Source: Octopus vulgaris
Lineage: Eukaryota
NCBI GenBank assembly: GCA_951406725.2
Contig: OX597832.1
Span: 58,094,001 to 58,158,000, forward strand
DNA length: 64,000 bases
Direction of reading: 5' to 3'
In this document: piece by piece, positions 1-12,364 of the stretch
Position numbering within the stretch: position 1 is the stretch's first letter
Layout of the letters: every line of letters starts with the position of its first letter
The notes under the pieces: model-generated
Seen by the model: only the letters and a program-made list of their open reading frames with translations
Told to the model about the DNA's origin: nothing
Database searches by the model: none
Made by a program: the position numbers and the translations under genes

Positions 1-613
1 TCTTGACTGAGCAGAATTATGATCGAAGTTGAAACATTCAACCACGACCCTCCTTGCAGGCATCGTGTTTTTGCTTTTCCGATGTAATTCCGCTCCCCAC
101 TCTTATCCAATATGTATTTCCATCGTTTATCAAATGTGTCCTTCCCTTTCAAAGAAAGACAACAGAGCGTGACTTGAGAAGATTTTGTTGATATTTCATA
201 CAGGACAAGCGACGTGTAAGTATGGACATTGTATCATTGAATAGTCTTTTTTTTTTACAGATAACTGTACTCGACTTTCTGGAGATTTCGAGAGAAAATC
301 GATATTTGAGTCCTTTAGAAAGTAATACAGTATTAGCTGGCAAGATAACGGTTTTCACTGATAAAAATGTTTACAGAAAGATTCTAATAATTACTAGTGC
401 TTTTGTTTCTTTATTTCTTAATTTGTGTTTTATTTACTTCTTTCGTACCGATTGAACTTGGTTTCTCTCTTTCATAGTGTTACGGATTTATGTGTGTAGA
501 TGTACAATCCAGAATAGCATGTAGAAAAGATAACGATATTAAGTTCTTGAGCATTGGAGCAAAAGTGTTTTTTTTTAAACCCTTTACGAAAATATTCCCC
601 TGAAAATCATAAA

Positions 614-1406
614 TATCACAAGATTATTGATAGAAGTTCTTGAAAAGTAGTTTTTTTTTTATCTAACACATATACTTGCGCAATATATATCCAATATGAC
701 CTACACAAAACTAGACCGTGTTTCCTCGACCCAGGCTTCCCAGCACTACGGATTTATTCACCCAATAACATACAAACTAGACGGCGAGTTTATTTTCAAA
801 GTAATTACCCAGTAAATGCTAACAACAGTCTCGTCTCGAAGCTATAAATTGAATTAGCTGCAAACACTTTAAAATTTCGTTATAACCACAACCGTTTACA
901 TTCCGCCCACCATTATAAACCTTTTGATACCTCGTTATCTACATTTATTATCACAAGATTATTGATAGAAATTCTAGAAAAGTAGTTTTTTTTCTATGCA
1001 ACACCTATACTTGCGCAATATATTTCTTTATTGCCCAGAAGGGGCTAAACATATAGGGAACATTCAAGAACAGACAAACGGACTAAGTCGATTATATCGA
1101 CCCCAGTGCGTAACTGTTACTTATTTAATCGACCCCGAAATGATGAACCCATACTTGCGCAATACACAAAACTAGACCGTGTTTCCTCAACCTAGGCTTC
1201 ACATCACTACAGATTTATTCACGTAATAACATACCAACTAGTCGCTGAGTTTAGTCTCAAAATAGTTACCCAGTCAATGTTAACACTAGTCTCGTCTCTA
1301 AGCTATACATTGGATTAACAGTAAACACTTTAAAATTTCGTTATAACAACCACCGTTTACATTCCGCACACCATTCTAAACCTTTTGATATATCGTTATC
1401 TACATT
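614..1406. repeat. Diverged tandem duplication of a ~330-bp unit (copy 1 ~614-946, copy 2 ~949-1406, interrupted by a SINE fragment)
   Basis: TATCACAAGATTATTGATAGAA...ACTAGACCGTGTTTCCTC...CACTTTAAAATTTCGTTATAAC...CGTTATCTACATTT occurs twice in the same order. Confidence 0.9.
1021..1147 (-). mobile_element. 5'-truncated family B SINE with 14-bp target-site duplication
   Basis: Reverse complement of the family B body and tail; ATACTTGCGCAATA at 1007-1020 and 1151-1164. Confidence 0.85.
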
Positions 1407-1869
1407 TTTCTGAAGACTCAAGTCGAAGTACACATATGAATAGGAAATCGCTTGAAACATTACTTCATTACGAATCTCTCCCTAACAGTAATTTTGAATT
1501 AGTCTCCCTTTGCTTACATAAACGCTCTGAATAATCAAATATTATAAACTTTCCGTACTTCCTGAGAAGTAATACAAGTTTCCGAGAGTAACTTCCTTTC
1601 TAACATTGTTTACAATTTTTGTCTTCCATAATAACAGCACTGCTCAACGAAACATTTTTCATTAATTCTTTTCTTGTACATTCTATTTACGGACATTGTA
1701 CCCAGTTCTAACCTCGGAATTTACATATCTTTAGCATCCATGCCAACAACTGTGTTATACTATTTTACCTATTAGCCAATCAGGTTACTCTATTTCAAAA
1801 AAATTTGTCTAACCCTTCCATATACTGCGCGCACGTACACAGATAAATTCGTATGGTATCGAAATATCA

Positions 1870-2232
1870 TAGGCGCATGAGTGGCTGTGTGGTAAGTAGC
1901 TTGCTTACCAACCACACGGTTCCGGGTTCAGTCCCACTGCGTTGCACCTTGGGAAAGTGTCTTGTGAGTGGATTTGGTAGACGGAAACTGAAAGAAGCCT
2001 GTGGTATATATATATATATGTATATATATGTGTGTGCGTGTGTTTGTCCCCCCCAACATCGCTTGACAACCGATACTGGTATGTTTACGTCCCCGTTACT
2101 TAGCGGTTCGGCAAAAGAGACCGATAGAATAAGTACTAGGCTTACAAAGAATAAGTCCTGGGGTCGATTTGCTCGACTAAAAGGCGGTGCTCCAGCATGG
2201 CCGCAGTCAAATGACTGAAACAAGTAAAAGTG
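1870..2232 (+). mobile_element. tRNA-derived SINE family A (internal TA/TG microsatellite), with a small deletion
   Basis: TGGCTGTGTGG (box A-like), GGTTCAGTCCC (box B-like), GGATTTGGTAGACGGAAACTGAAAGAAGCC, and 3' GCTCCAGCATGGCCGCAGTCAAATGACTGAAACAAGTAAAAG; more than 10 copies in the window. Confidence 0.85.
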
Positions 2233-2700
2233 TAAGAGTATATTTGTGTGTTTGAAGGGGAAAAAGATTGTAAAAGTTAAATAGGTGGAGTTAGATTTTG
2301 ATTAAGGCAGAAAAATGTGTCTGGGAAGAGAAAGAGAGGAGACAGAGAGAGAAGGGAGAGAAGAAACAGTGGTGTATGTAAGTGAGGATAATAAATAGAA
2401 GTGAGGAAGCGAGAATAAAAGCTTAAATAAGTGTAGTGATAGATTTACAATCATAGATGAGACGAATAAATTCTCGTTTGACACCTCACTGGAGAAAGAA
2501 GTTGAAAAATTATTACGAGAAGAGTCAAAGAAGAAGTTAATAGCAGCTCTACCTGAGGTATAAGGAATAAGAATAAAATAAAGACGACGAAATGAGAGAA
2601 GAAACAAGTGTTACAAGGCTTGTAGCAGAAATATTGAGCAATGCTGGAAGTTAACAGAAGACAACCCTATCGTTTTCGACAGGCACTACTACACTGTGAA

Positions 2701-2736
<36 letters not shown>

Positions 2737-3351
2737 ATGTGTATGTGGGTGCATGTGTATTCGTATGGATGGATGTGTGTAGACAATGGGTACACGTGCT
2801 TCACAACTCAATTCGTCTAAAAATGAGGTTTATTATTTTTTTTTACTGAAAGTTGCCTATAAATAATTAAAAATTAATTAGAACTATGACATATGCATAT
2901 ATGTGTGCAAAAGAGTATGCATGCTTCTGCGAATATGCTTGTGCATTCATGTTGTATGTACGCGCGTGTACGCGTGCGTGTGCACCTGAACACACGTGTG
3001 CGTGCAAGTTGAGTGTATGGCGTATGTATGGTAGTGGAAAGTTCCAAGGTGACATAATCTGTTCCGAAAATTTTCATCATCTGTTTCAGATATCTCTCGC
3101 TTCTCGAGGAAAAAGAAAATTTCTTTTTCGCATTCCGATATTTTTTTTTTTTTGTTCTTCCTTCTTCCAAAACTTGGCATTCTTCATCCAATTTCATCTA
3201 ACCTTGTTCTTATTCACATGTATTGGCATACTATGCCAAATATACACACACACACACACACACGTATATATACACATACGCACATATATATCCAGAATTT
3301 CAAGAATAACTGCAGCCCTCCACTCAGTTTCTCTCTCTCTCTCTCTCTCTC

Positions 3352-3407
<56 letters not shown>

Positions 3408-3529
3408 CACGCACATACATTAACACAAGCACATATATGTATATATACACACAGAAATATAAACAGTTTATAATTTTGTGAAGTTCTGTGTGTGTGTGTT
3501 TATATTACAAATATACATACTTATGCGCG

Positions 3530-3568
<39 letters not shown>

Positions 3569-3580
3569 ACACACATATGT

Positions 3581-3626
<46 letters not shown>

Positions 3627-3796
3627 GTATGCGAATAATCCATATTTGTATTGCTTTTTCTTTTGTCTTGCTCGATTACGTTTTGGTTGTTTTGCTAAAT
3701 TTTTCTTGAGAACATTTCTTAATGGTAAGACCATAGCGGATCTATTTCTAGCATAAGGGTGTCGTCGACATAGTGGTTTCCCTCTAATATGTATGC

Positions 3797-3841
<45 letters not shown>

Positions 3842-4257
3842 CAGTGAGAGACGAAGAGAGACATGATGTTGTATATTCACAAGACTTAGAACCTGCTTAT
3901 TTTTCAGCCTCAAACGCCACTCCCACTGTGACCATCGCCATCATACACAACATTACTTTCATTACTCTCGTCTTTACAGCCCTTGGCCTGCTACCTCACG
4001 CCACGCACCTGACACTACCACAACAAAAACAACAACAATACTAGCTATCACCAGTATTTTCACCACCACCGCCGCCGTCATCAACAACAACATTTATAAT
4101 ATTACCGACGCTAACAAAATTCCACCGTTGTTACAACCACCACTACATCTCTATCACCATTACAGACATCACCACTATCACTAAAACCATTACTAACACC
4201 AATACCATTGTACTATATTTACATTTGGCAGATATTTTTCCTCATCTTATTTGTTAA

Positions 4258-4299
4258 CACAATGTTTTGGATGATATACCCTCCAGCCTTCATCAGGTG
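4258..4299 (-). ncRNA. Minimal hammerhead ribozyme motif, decayed (GAAA changed to AAAA)
   Basis: Minus strand CAC-CTGATGA-A-GGCTG-loop-CATCC-AAAACATT-GTG; stem I CAC/GTG; core changes consistent with CpG decay of CGAAACG. Confidence 0.6.
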
Positions 4300-4338
4300 C
4301 CTTGGGGAAATTTTGAACCTGGGTTCTCATTCCTAAGA

Positions 4339-4372
<34 letters not shown>

Positions 4373-4373
<1 letters not shown>

Positions 4374-4680
4374 TATGTTTGACTTTTGCTTTACATTTGC
4401 ACAAGCTGGCTCCAAGTCTCACCCAGGGACCTCAAGAGACAACAAGTTGGACGTTCATGTTGGTGTTATGCTCAGGGTGCCATATATTTGGTTTTGTATT
4501 TAGTGTTGTACTAGTGAATGTCTAAAAACCATACGAAAATTATGTTTGTTTTAAAACTTGAGATTACAAAGAAAGTATTTTGCGTAGGATATGAGCAGTT
4601 CCCATGAGCACTATCTTTTGAATTTCTGCCATTTTGGGGTTTCCTGGTATCTGAGTTAGGTAGCAATCAGCCCCTTTTGC
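4373..4680 (-). mobile_element. R4/Dong-clade LINE 3' end (ORF C-terminus + 3' UTR) between (TAA)n tracts
   Basis: Minus strand translates AKGADCYLTQIPGNPKMAEIQKIVLMGTAHILRKILSL*, a typical R4/Dong C-terminus; TTA repeats on both sides. Confidence 0.75.
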
Positions 4681-4715
<35 letters not shown>

Positions 4716-5281
4716 CAAGTCACTGCTTGGAATAGAACGTGGAATCTTGGGGTTAGTAGCCCGCGCTCTTAAACACTACGCCATATATAATGTACATAAG
4801 TCCTCATCTCTTAAATATACAACACCAATACCATTGTACCATCACTTGCACCACCCAAACTATCTCCACCACGGCCACCACTGGTGAAACTATCACCTTC
4901 ACAGTCACCATTGCATCTACCACCAATACTGTTACCTTACCACCATAAGTAACACTCCTACCGATATCCACTACCATCAAGCTATCACCAAATCATTGCC
5001 ACGTGAAACAAAGGGCAAGCACCCCACCGCCACACAAACTGGTTGCCCTTCCTGTTAGAAACAGCAGCCAAACCTTCCTCATGTCACACCCAACTGGTTC
5101 CTTTTTAGAAAGAGAGAAAGAAAAAGACGCGTTGGCTAACGTAGTCCTAGATTCACAGTAAATGGACGGGATGGTCATGTCCGGAACGCCTTTGATAGTA
5201 CGTTTGCTTAATCAGGATTAAGCATGGGCTAAACTACAGCAACAACAATAGCGACGACAACGACAGTAGCAACAACAACAA

Positions 5282-5468
5282 TGGAGGCGCAAAGGTCCAG
5301 TGGATAGGGCAGCGGACTTGCGGTCGCAAGACCGCGGTTTCGATTCCCATTGTGAGTGTTTATTGAGCAAAACACCTAAGCTTCACGACACTACGGCGCG
5401 GGGGTTGGTGGTGTACCCCGCTGTACTCTTTCACCACAACTTTCTCTTCCTCTTTCTTCCTACTTCTG
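5282..5468 (+). mobile_element. tRNA(Arg-like)-derived SINE family D, 5' part
   Basis: GGAGGCGC...CCAGTGGATAGGGCAGCGGACTTGCGGTCG...GGTTTCGATTCCC tRNA-like head followed by non-tRNA body. Confidence 0.6.
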
Positions 5469-5954
5469 CTACAAAGCAGGGGAACCATGGTGTAACCCAC
5501 TATGGTGTGGTAAAACTTTCAGACCCTAGTCTAGATTGCGAATCCTCTGTACCCCAGGATGGTCCAGCTCTCCACCCGTTAGAAAAGCCACCGTTTACAG
5601 AATGAGGATAACAACGTAGCTTTCGCGCCCGTGTAACCGCCAGTCTATCACGTGTGGTGGGTGGATCTTCAAGTTGCCACACGCATTCTTAGTAGCTTAA
5701 AGTAGGTTCGAATTAGAGATTATTCTTTGTGGCTAATGGCGTGAATCCTGATTGAAAGAAGACAACAACATCATTACCGTTAACCCTAGCACTATATCCG
5801 CCATCAAAAATGCGATTTGCAAGACTTAACACTATACCGCAAACCCGTAGCATCCTCCGCCACCGCACTACTTACTTCTGTCAATACTATCGCCATCCCT
5901 GCAGCCACCACTAATGCTACTGGCACCTGCACCACCACCAGAATCAATACAGCA

Positions 5955-6362
5955 CTGGACAAAATGCTCAGCGGCATTTATTCCGTCTTTACGTCCCGAG
6001 TTCAAACTCCGCCATAGTCATCTTTACCTTTCACCCTTTCGGTGATCGATAAAACGGTTAGCAGGCGAGCAATGGGAACAATGTAATCGATTAACACCGA
6101 TCCACAAAATTTCGGGACTTGTGCCTTTAGCAGAAAGCATTATTATTATTATTATTATTATTATTAAGGAAGGTGGCGGGTGAAATGCTTAGCGGTATTT
6201 CGTCTGCCGCTACGTTCTGAGTTCAAATTCCGCTGAGATCGACTTTGCCTTTCATCCTTTCAGGGACAATAAATTAAGTACCAGTGTAATACTGGAGTCG
6301 ATGTATTCGACTAATCTCCCCCCTCAAATTTTCAGGCCTTGTGCCTATATTAGAAAGGATTA
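5955..6362 (+). mobile_element. Two family B SINEs (Meta-domain-like) with (ATT)n tails
   Basis: GAGTTCAAATTCCGC box B; GCCTTTCATCCTTTC...GATAAA..AAGTACCAG core; CAGGCCTTGTGCCTA..AGAAAGGATTATT tail. Confidence 0.8.
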
Positions 6363-6367
6363 TTATT

Positions 6368-6899
6368 GAGTGAGAGAGCAGTGCATGCCATCTAAGTGAT
6401 ACTGGGATAAAATATATGAAGCCCATTATACCCATCACGACTACCCGTCTTATAAGTGTACACCAGGTACATGCATCACAACCACATGTGTGAGACATGG
6501 TGATCTCACATCAAGATAAACAGCACATGACCTTGCAGGTGGAGCCCAGTTTGAATTTTCTTCAGGGCTGAGTAGCCCATCCCACTCAAAAGGTCCCTGA
6601 ATAAGGGTTGTTTAGGGATGAACGAAACAACCATGTTTCCAGATGTGAATTATCCAAACCACAAAGAATTCCTCTCAACACATGACTATGATGCTCCCCC
6701 ACTACTTCTGCTCGTGATCAGAGATGCACATATCGTCATATGCTCAACTGGTTTAGGTCAGACAACTGACAAGCAAATCGGTGGTTTTGAGCAGAACATT
6801 TACTATAGCCCATCTTTTATACTAAGACAAAACTATGTACATGATGACACTTCCAATCCGTTAAGATCAGAAGCAATGAGAGCCATTGCCTGGTACCAT
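6368..6899 (-). mobile_element. ~550-bp non-coding (AAT)n-associated element (copy 1)
   Basis: Reverse complement of 41590-42143 over its full length; 3' end abuts the ATT tail of a family B SINE. Confidence 0.85.
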
Positions 6900-6901
6900 T
6901 G

Positions 6902-7480
6902 AGGCAGTGAGCTGGCAGAATCGTTAGCACGCTGGACGAACTACTTAGCGGTATTTTGCCTGTCGCTGCCTTCTGAGTTCAAATTCCGCTGAGGCCACTT
7001 TGCCTTTCTAATTACGCACTGGAGTCGATCTAATCGACTATCCCCACCCCCAAATTTTAGGCCTTGTGCCTAAAGCCGAAATTATTATTATTATTATTTG
7101 GGAGTTTTTCGTTGTTATATTTTCGTTGTTAAACTGCCTTTTTACTCGATTTTTGCAAAAACGGACAAAACCTTTTGTAACCTTTCGTCCTGTTTTGTCC
7201 CTTTATGTTTTCTAATCATGTGTGTCAGCCCTTGTGGCCAATAAAAAGAATTAATTATTATTATTATTATTATTCAGGCGGTGAGCTGGTAGAGTCGTTA
7301 GCGCGCTGAACAAAATGCTTAACGGCATTTCGGCGGTCTTCACATTCTGAGTTCAAATTCAGCTGAGGTTGACTTTGCCTTTCATCTTTTTCCGAGTCGA
7401 TAAAATAAGTACCAGTCATGCACTGGGGTTCGACGTCCTCGTCCGGCACCACCTCCACAACATTTCAGGCCTTGTGTTTA
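6902..7480 (+). mobile_element. Family B SINE copies (6902-7080, 7276-7480)
   Basis: GGC.GTGAGCTGG.AGA.TCGTTAGC head, box B, Meta-like core. Confidence 0.8.
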
Positions 7481-8020
7481 TACATTAAAAGAAAAGCTTA
7501 TTAACACAAGCGACAAACACTACAAATTTTAACAGATCTTGAGAAAATTCCAGAATAACTGCCACCACAACCACTAGATCCATCATCATCATCACCATCA
7601 GCTGCAACTTAATCATCGACAACCACATCATTATTTTTCCACCATTTACTCTTCCTACGCAACACTCCGCATCGTGACCTCCCTCTTCACTGCCATCGCC
7701 CCCACTACGATGAACACCACTCACACCATCATCGTCGTCGCCAAATTTCTTTCCACAAGCGCCACAACTACAATTCCCACTCGTGCCACCACCACCACCA
7801 CCACCACCAGTACTACCACGGCAACAACCACTTCAATTCGTTTCATCTCGTTTGACTGCCAGCTTATCTTCCTGTCATCATTTTTGGAGACTTTTTTTTT
7901 TCAGTCTTACACACACAACTGTCACCGTAAGCACGCACACACACAAATACATACACATATATACAGATAATTGCATGCATGCATTCATACGATACATTTA
8001 TTTACACGGGAACTTAAACG

Positions 8021-8176
8021 TATAGACGCAAAACACAGACTCACTTCGTTTGTACACAGGTACACGACAGCATAGCTATCCGTGAGTGTGTGTGTGTGTA
8101 TGTATATATATATAGACACACGGATAGCTATGCTGCCGTGTACCTGTGTACAAACGAAGTGAGTTTGTTTTGTGTC

Positions 8177-8180
<4 letters not shown>
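8021..8180. repeat. ~60-bp inverted repeat around a TG/TA microsatellite spacer
   Basis: ACTCACTTCGTTTGTACACAGGTACACG.CAGCATAGCTATCCGTG (within 8021-8084) and its reverse complement (8119-8180). Confidence 0.9.
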
Positions 8181-8210
<30 letters not shown>

Positions 8211-8226
8211 TATATAATTACCCAAA

Positions 8227-8336
<110 letters not shown>

Positions 8337-8526
8337 GAAGAGAGAGAGAGAAAGAAAGAGAGAGAGATCTATGTGTGTGTATTATATATATATATCCATG
8401 TGTGAGTGTGTATGTATATATGTGTGTATAAATATATACATGTGTGAATGTATGTATATAGTATGTATTATATACACACACACCTGCGCGTGAATGTATA
8501 TATGTTTGTGGATATGTATGCATATA

Positions 8527-8557
<31 letters not shown>

Positions 8558-9398
8558 GTGTGTATATAGATATCTGGTATATGAAATTATGTACTTAGAA
8601 GTGCATATAAATATCACACACACACATGATTAGATATGATTATATGTCTGTCTGTCTGTCTATAGCTACATGTGAGTATGTGTTTATACAGTGTGTGTAC
8701 ATCTATGCTGGAATTTACATATAGTGCGGTACCGCTAGTAAACGCACTCGTATATATCAAAAATGCAAATTTACACAAATAGAAAGGCACATGCGTTATC
8801 CTACATCCAAATATTAACAGATACATACTAACAAGCGCATACAAATATACAATAAAGACACGCATAATTTCTCATCTGTGTGTGTATATATGTATATATA
8901 TATAAATATATATATATATATCTTTGGATTCTTTCTAACACGCACACATACGTGCATGCAAGCTGAGAAACGCAGGTTTATACACAATACAAACACCAGC
9001 GTCCCCTTACGCACACCATCTGCTTTGCGCGTACGCACTCCTGGAAATCTGCGAAGCCCCAGGCCATAAGTTGGATGCAATGCAAAACTCCTGTCATGCT
9101 GGGTCCTTCACATAGGATATTTCTTTGATGTTACAACCGATGATGACGCTTAACGACATCACTACAGCAGAAACTGCCATTCTTGCACTTGCGCACAAGC
9201 ATGCACAAAGGGAGATAGAGAGAGAGAGAGAGAGAGAGACGGAGAGAGAGACTGAGAGGGAGTGAAAAAGGAAGAGACAGAGTGGGGGAGAGAGTGAGAG
9301 CGGAAGAGAGAGAGCAAGTGAAAGTTAGGGAAACAAACGTAAACATACACACATAGATATATTTATATATATATTCAATGAATCATTATATGCATGGT

Positions 9399-9715
9399 GA
9401 TATATACATACACACATGTATATATACACACATATACACACACGCACACATATATACACACACACACACACATATACATACATACACACACACATATACA
9501 TGCATACACACACATACACACATATATACATACATACATACACACATATACATGCATACACACACATACACACATATATACATACATACATACACACATA
9601 CATATACACACACACACATATACATACACACACACACACACATATATATATATACATACACACACACACACATATATATATACATACATACACACACACA
9701 CATATATATATACAT

Positions 9716-9752
<37 letters not shown>

Positions 9753-10158
9753 CATACACACACACACACATATATATATACATACACACACACATATATA
9801 TATATACATACACACACACACACATATATATACATACACACACACACACATATATATACATACACACACACACACACATATATATACATACACACACACA
9901 CACACACATATATATACATACACACACACACACACACACATATATATACATACACACACACACACACACACATATATATACATACACACACACACACACA
10001 TATATATATATACATACACACACACATATATACACACACACACACATATATACACACACACACACACACACATATACACTTACACACACACACACATACA
10101 CACACACACACACACACACATATACACTTACACACACACACACATATATATATATATA
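9399..10158. repeat. Compound (CA)n/(TA)n/(CATA)n microsatellite
   Basis: About 760 bp of alternating purine-pyrimidine repeats. Confidence 0.95.
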
Positions 10159-11291
10159 AATGAATATCACTGCATATGATTATATCGATAATATATATAT
10201 ATAATGATGAAAGAATTGCACGCGCTGCAATTGTAGATGCAGATTTGCATACTCACACACATGCTCTCGCAAATACATGCGCCATCTTCCCATCTCTATC
10301 CCAACGGCTTCCCCCTCCTCCCCCGCCTCCCAATTTCTTAGCATTTCCCTTCTCGTTCTCTTCTACCTTTCGCCAATTATCTCTGTTCAATGTAAGTTCA
10401 TATACATATTATATATATATATATACACACACACAAAGCATTTTCATCAAATATACGTAGTTAATAATAATAATAATAATAATATATATATATACATACA
10501 CACACACACACGAGCGCATCATTTCGTGTGTGTGCTTTCCGTTTATATCCGTCTATATTTTTGCATATCTGTCACTTTTTCAAGATGTCTTCTTTATATT
10601 TAGTATATTTTCTCTGTCTTTCTCTTTTTCCTTTATGTTTATGTATCTATCTTGTCTTTTGCGGTTCATCTACTTTTTGTTTCTCTCTCTCCATTCACCT
10701 GTCTCTCTTACCACCTATCTACCTGTCTATCTTACCACCTATCTACCTGTCTATCTTACCATCTATCTACTTGTCTGTCTATATCTGTCTATCTACCTTT
10801 ATCTATCTATCTATATCTATCTGTGTCTACCTGCCTATCTACCCATCCACCTATATATCTATGGATTGTTTCCTTTGCCATCCCAAACGATGAATATTAC
10901 CGCTATCAATGACCATCACAATCACGACGTTCATCATCACCACCACCACCATCCTCCTCTTCACCTATACCATCACCCCCACCATCACATCTTCACCTAT
11001 ACCATCACCTCTACCATGGCCCACAAATATTACCACCACCCACACTAACGTTACCTCTACAACAGTAAATCATGATTGCCATGTTTATCATAGCTATACT
11101 AACCAACACCTTCGTTACACCGTGACACATGTAGCGGTGATGCAACATGTTCACAGTGAGCTAATAAGGGAACCTCTACTTTCACCCTTGTAATTTTTCT
11201 CGGTTAAAAAAAAAAGGAGTCAAATTTCCCTCAAATTAAATCTCAGGGTCTTAAAAATGAAAAGAAAGGCCCATTTGATGAAGTTGTAGAT

Positions 11292-11461
11292 CAGGAATGG
11301 GCAACGTTTTCCTAGTAGCGGGCCGCATAAGTTATAATGCATCGTCGGGTCACGCTACTAACAAAAAAAAAAAAAAAAAAAAGAAAAATAGATCTTGAAG
11401 GTAACTTTTCATTAAGTGTACCATTCGGAAAGTTCCTTGAGTCTTCATTTGCCCATGACTG
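11292..11461. mobile_element. hAT (Charlie/Buster-type) MITE
   Basis: TIRs CAGGAATGGGCAA / TTGCCCATGACTG; 8-bp flanks TTGTAGAT / TTTTAGAT with central TA. Confidence 0.7.
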
Positions 11462-12364
11462 TTTTAGATACACCATTTTTGAGGAAAATAAGACGGGATA
11501 GTTGTGGCTGGAGTGCCTCTGATTAGAGATCAGTTCGCCTGAACCTAAGCAACAGCCCCTTTATCATGAGCATCGCTTTTCAATCAGTAACATAAACAGG
11601 TACCATTAATGTTACCGCGCCTGTTATCACAGCAACCACTTCTAAAATCGAGACTGTTTACACCACACCGCGACTATTACCGTTACTATCATCACGAGTC
11701 AATGTGACAAAGCTTATCTGCTGTCGCTCAACCAGCTAGGAGAGACATCCACATTTTCCTCACTCCAAACTGTCCACATCATAAGACGCTGGATAACACA
11801 GTACTGGGCACCTTGTACAGACAGAAAAAGACTGGATGGTCACAACTGGAATGTCTGTGATCATAGATCAGATCGACCGAGGACTTAACAACATCGACAA
11901 CCAATCATCGTAGCCTAGCATTGGTTCTACAAGGGCGTTGGATTGAAAAAACGGTCGGACAAAATGCATCGGGGTTATTTGTATTCTGGGTTCAAATTCC
12001 TCAAAGTTAACTATGCCTTTCACTTCTCTTGGGGCCTCCTATACGATAAAGTACCAGTCATGAACGGCGGGTAAAAAATATTGACTAATGCATTTATCCC
12101 TAATTTCTTTGGCCGTGTGCCTGCCATCACCATAAGTACACACATGAGCCTTGATAGCTAAATTTATGGCCCCCGAAAGTATGAATATGAAAGTCGACTT
12201 CAGCAGTATATGAACTCGGAACACTGCCATCAATATTCAGGTCTGACTTGGCCTGGATTGGAACTGACATTAGTAATAGACGGATGAAGTTATATCGACG
12301 TAAGAGCATTATGGCCAAACGTTTAAGAACTTCCTCTGTTCGGTGTCATAATAATGGCATCTTA

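Larger units (their letters stand above)
4214..4820 (-). mobile_element. tRNA-headed, hammerhead-containing short retroelement (copy 1), carrying a nested R4/Dong 3' fragment
   Basis: Minus strand reads TGGCGTAGTG...(AAT)n...CTTAGGAATGAGAACCCAGG...CACCTGATGAAGGCTG..., colinear with 49299-49574. Perfect 19-bp direct repeats AACACCAATACCATTGTAC at 4195-4213 and 4821-4839. Confidence 0.8.

Noticed and set aside
1409-1462. CTGAAGA...GAAACATT as another hammerhead
   Set aside because: Stem II register and stem I pairing do not fit convincingly.
1853-2223. ORFs with recurring peptides such as [13 protein letters not shown] and SFDCGHAGAPP
   Set aside because: Translations of SINE family A that recur at every copy.
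8990-9190. Unique GC-richer island as an exon (also 57740-57965)
   Set aside because: Only short unrecognisable peptides and weak splice signals; cannot be supported without transcript data.
9325-10179. Six overlapping 234-281 aa ORFs (HT/YI/CV-rich)
   Set aside because: They are translations of a CA/TA microsatellite that happens to lack stops.
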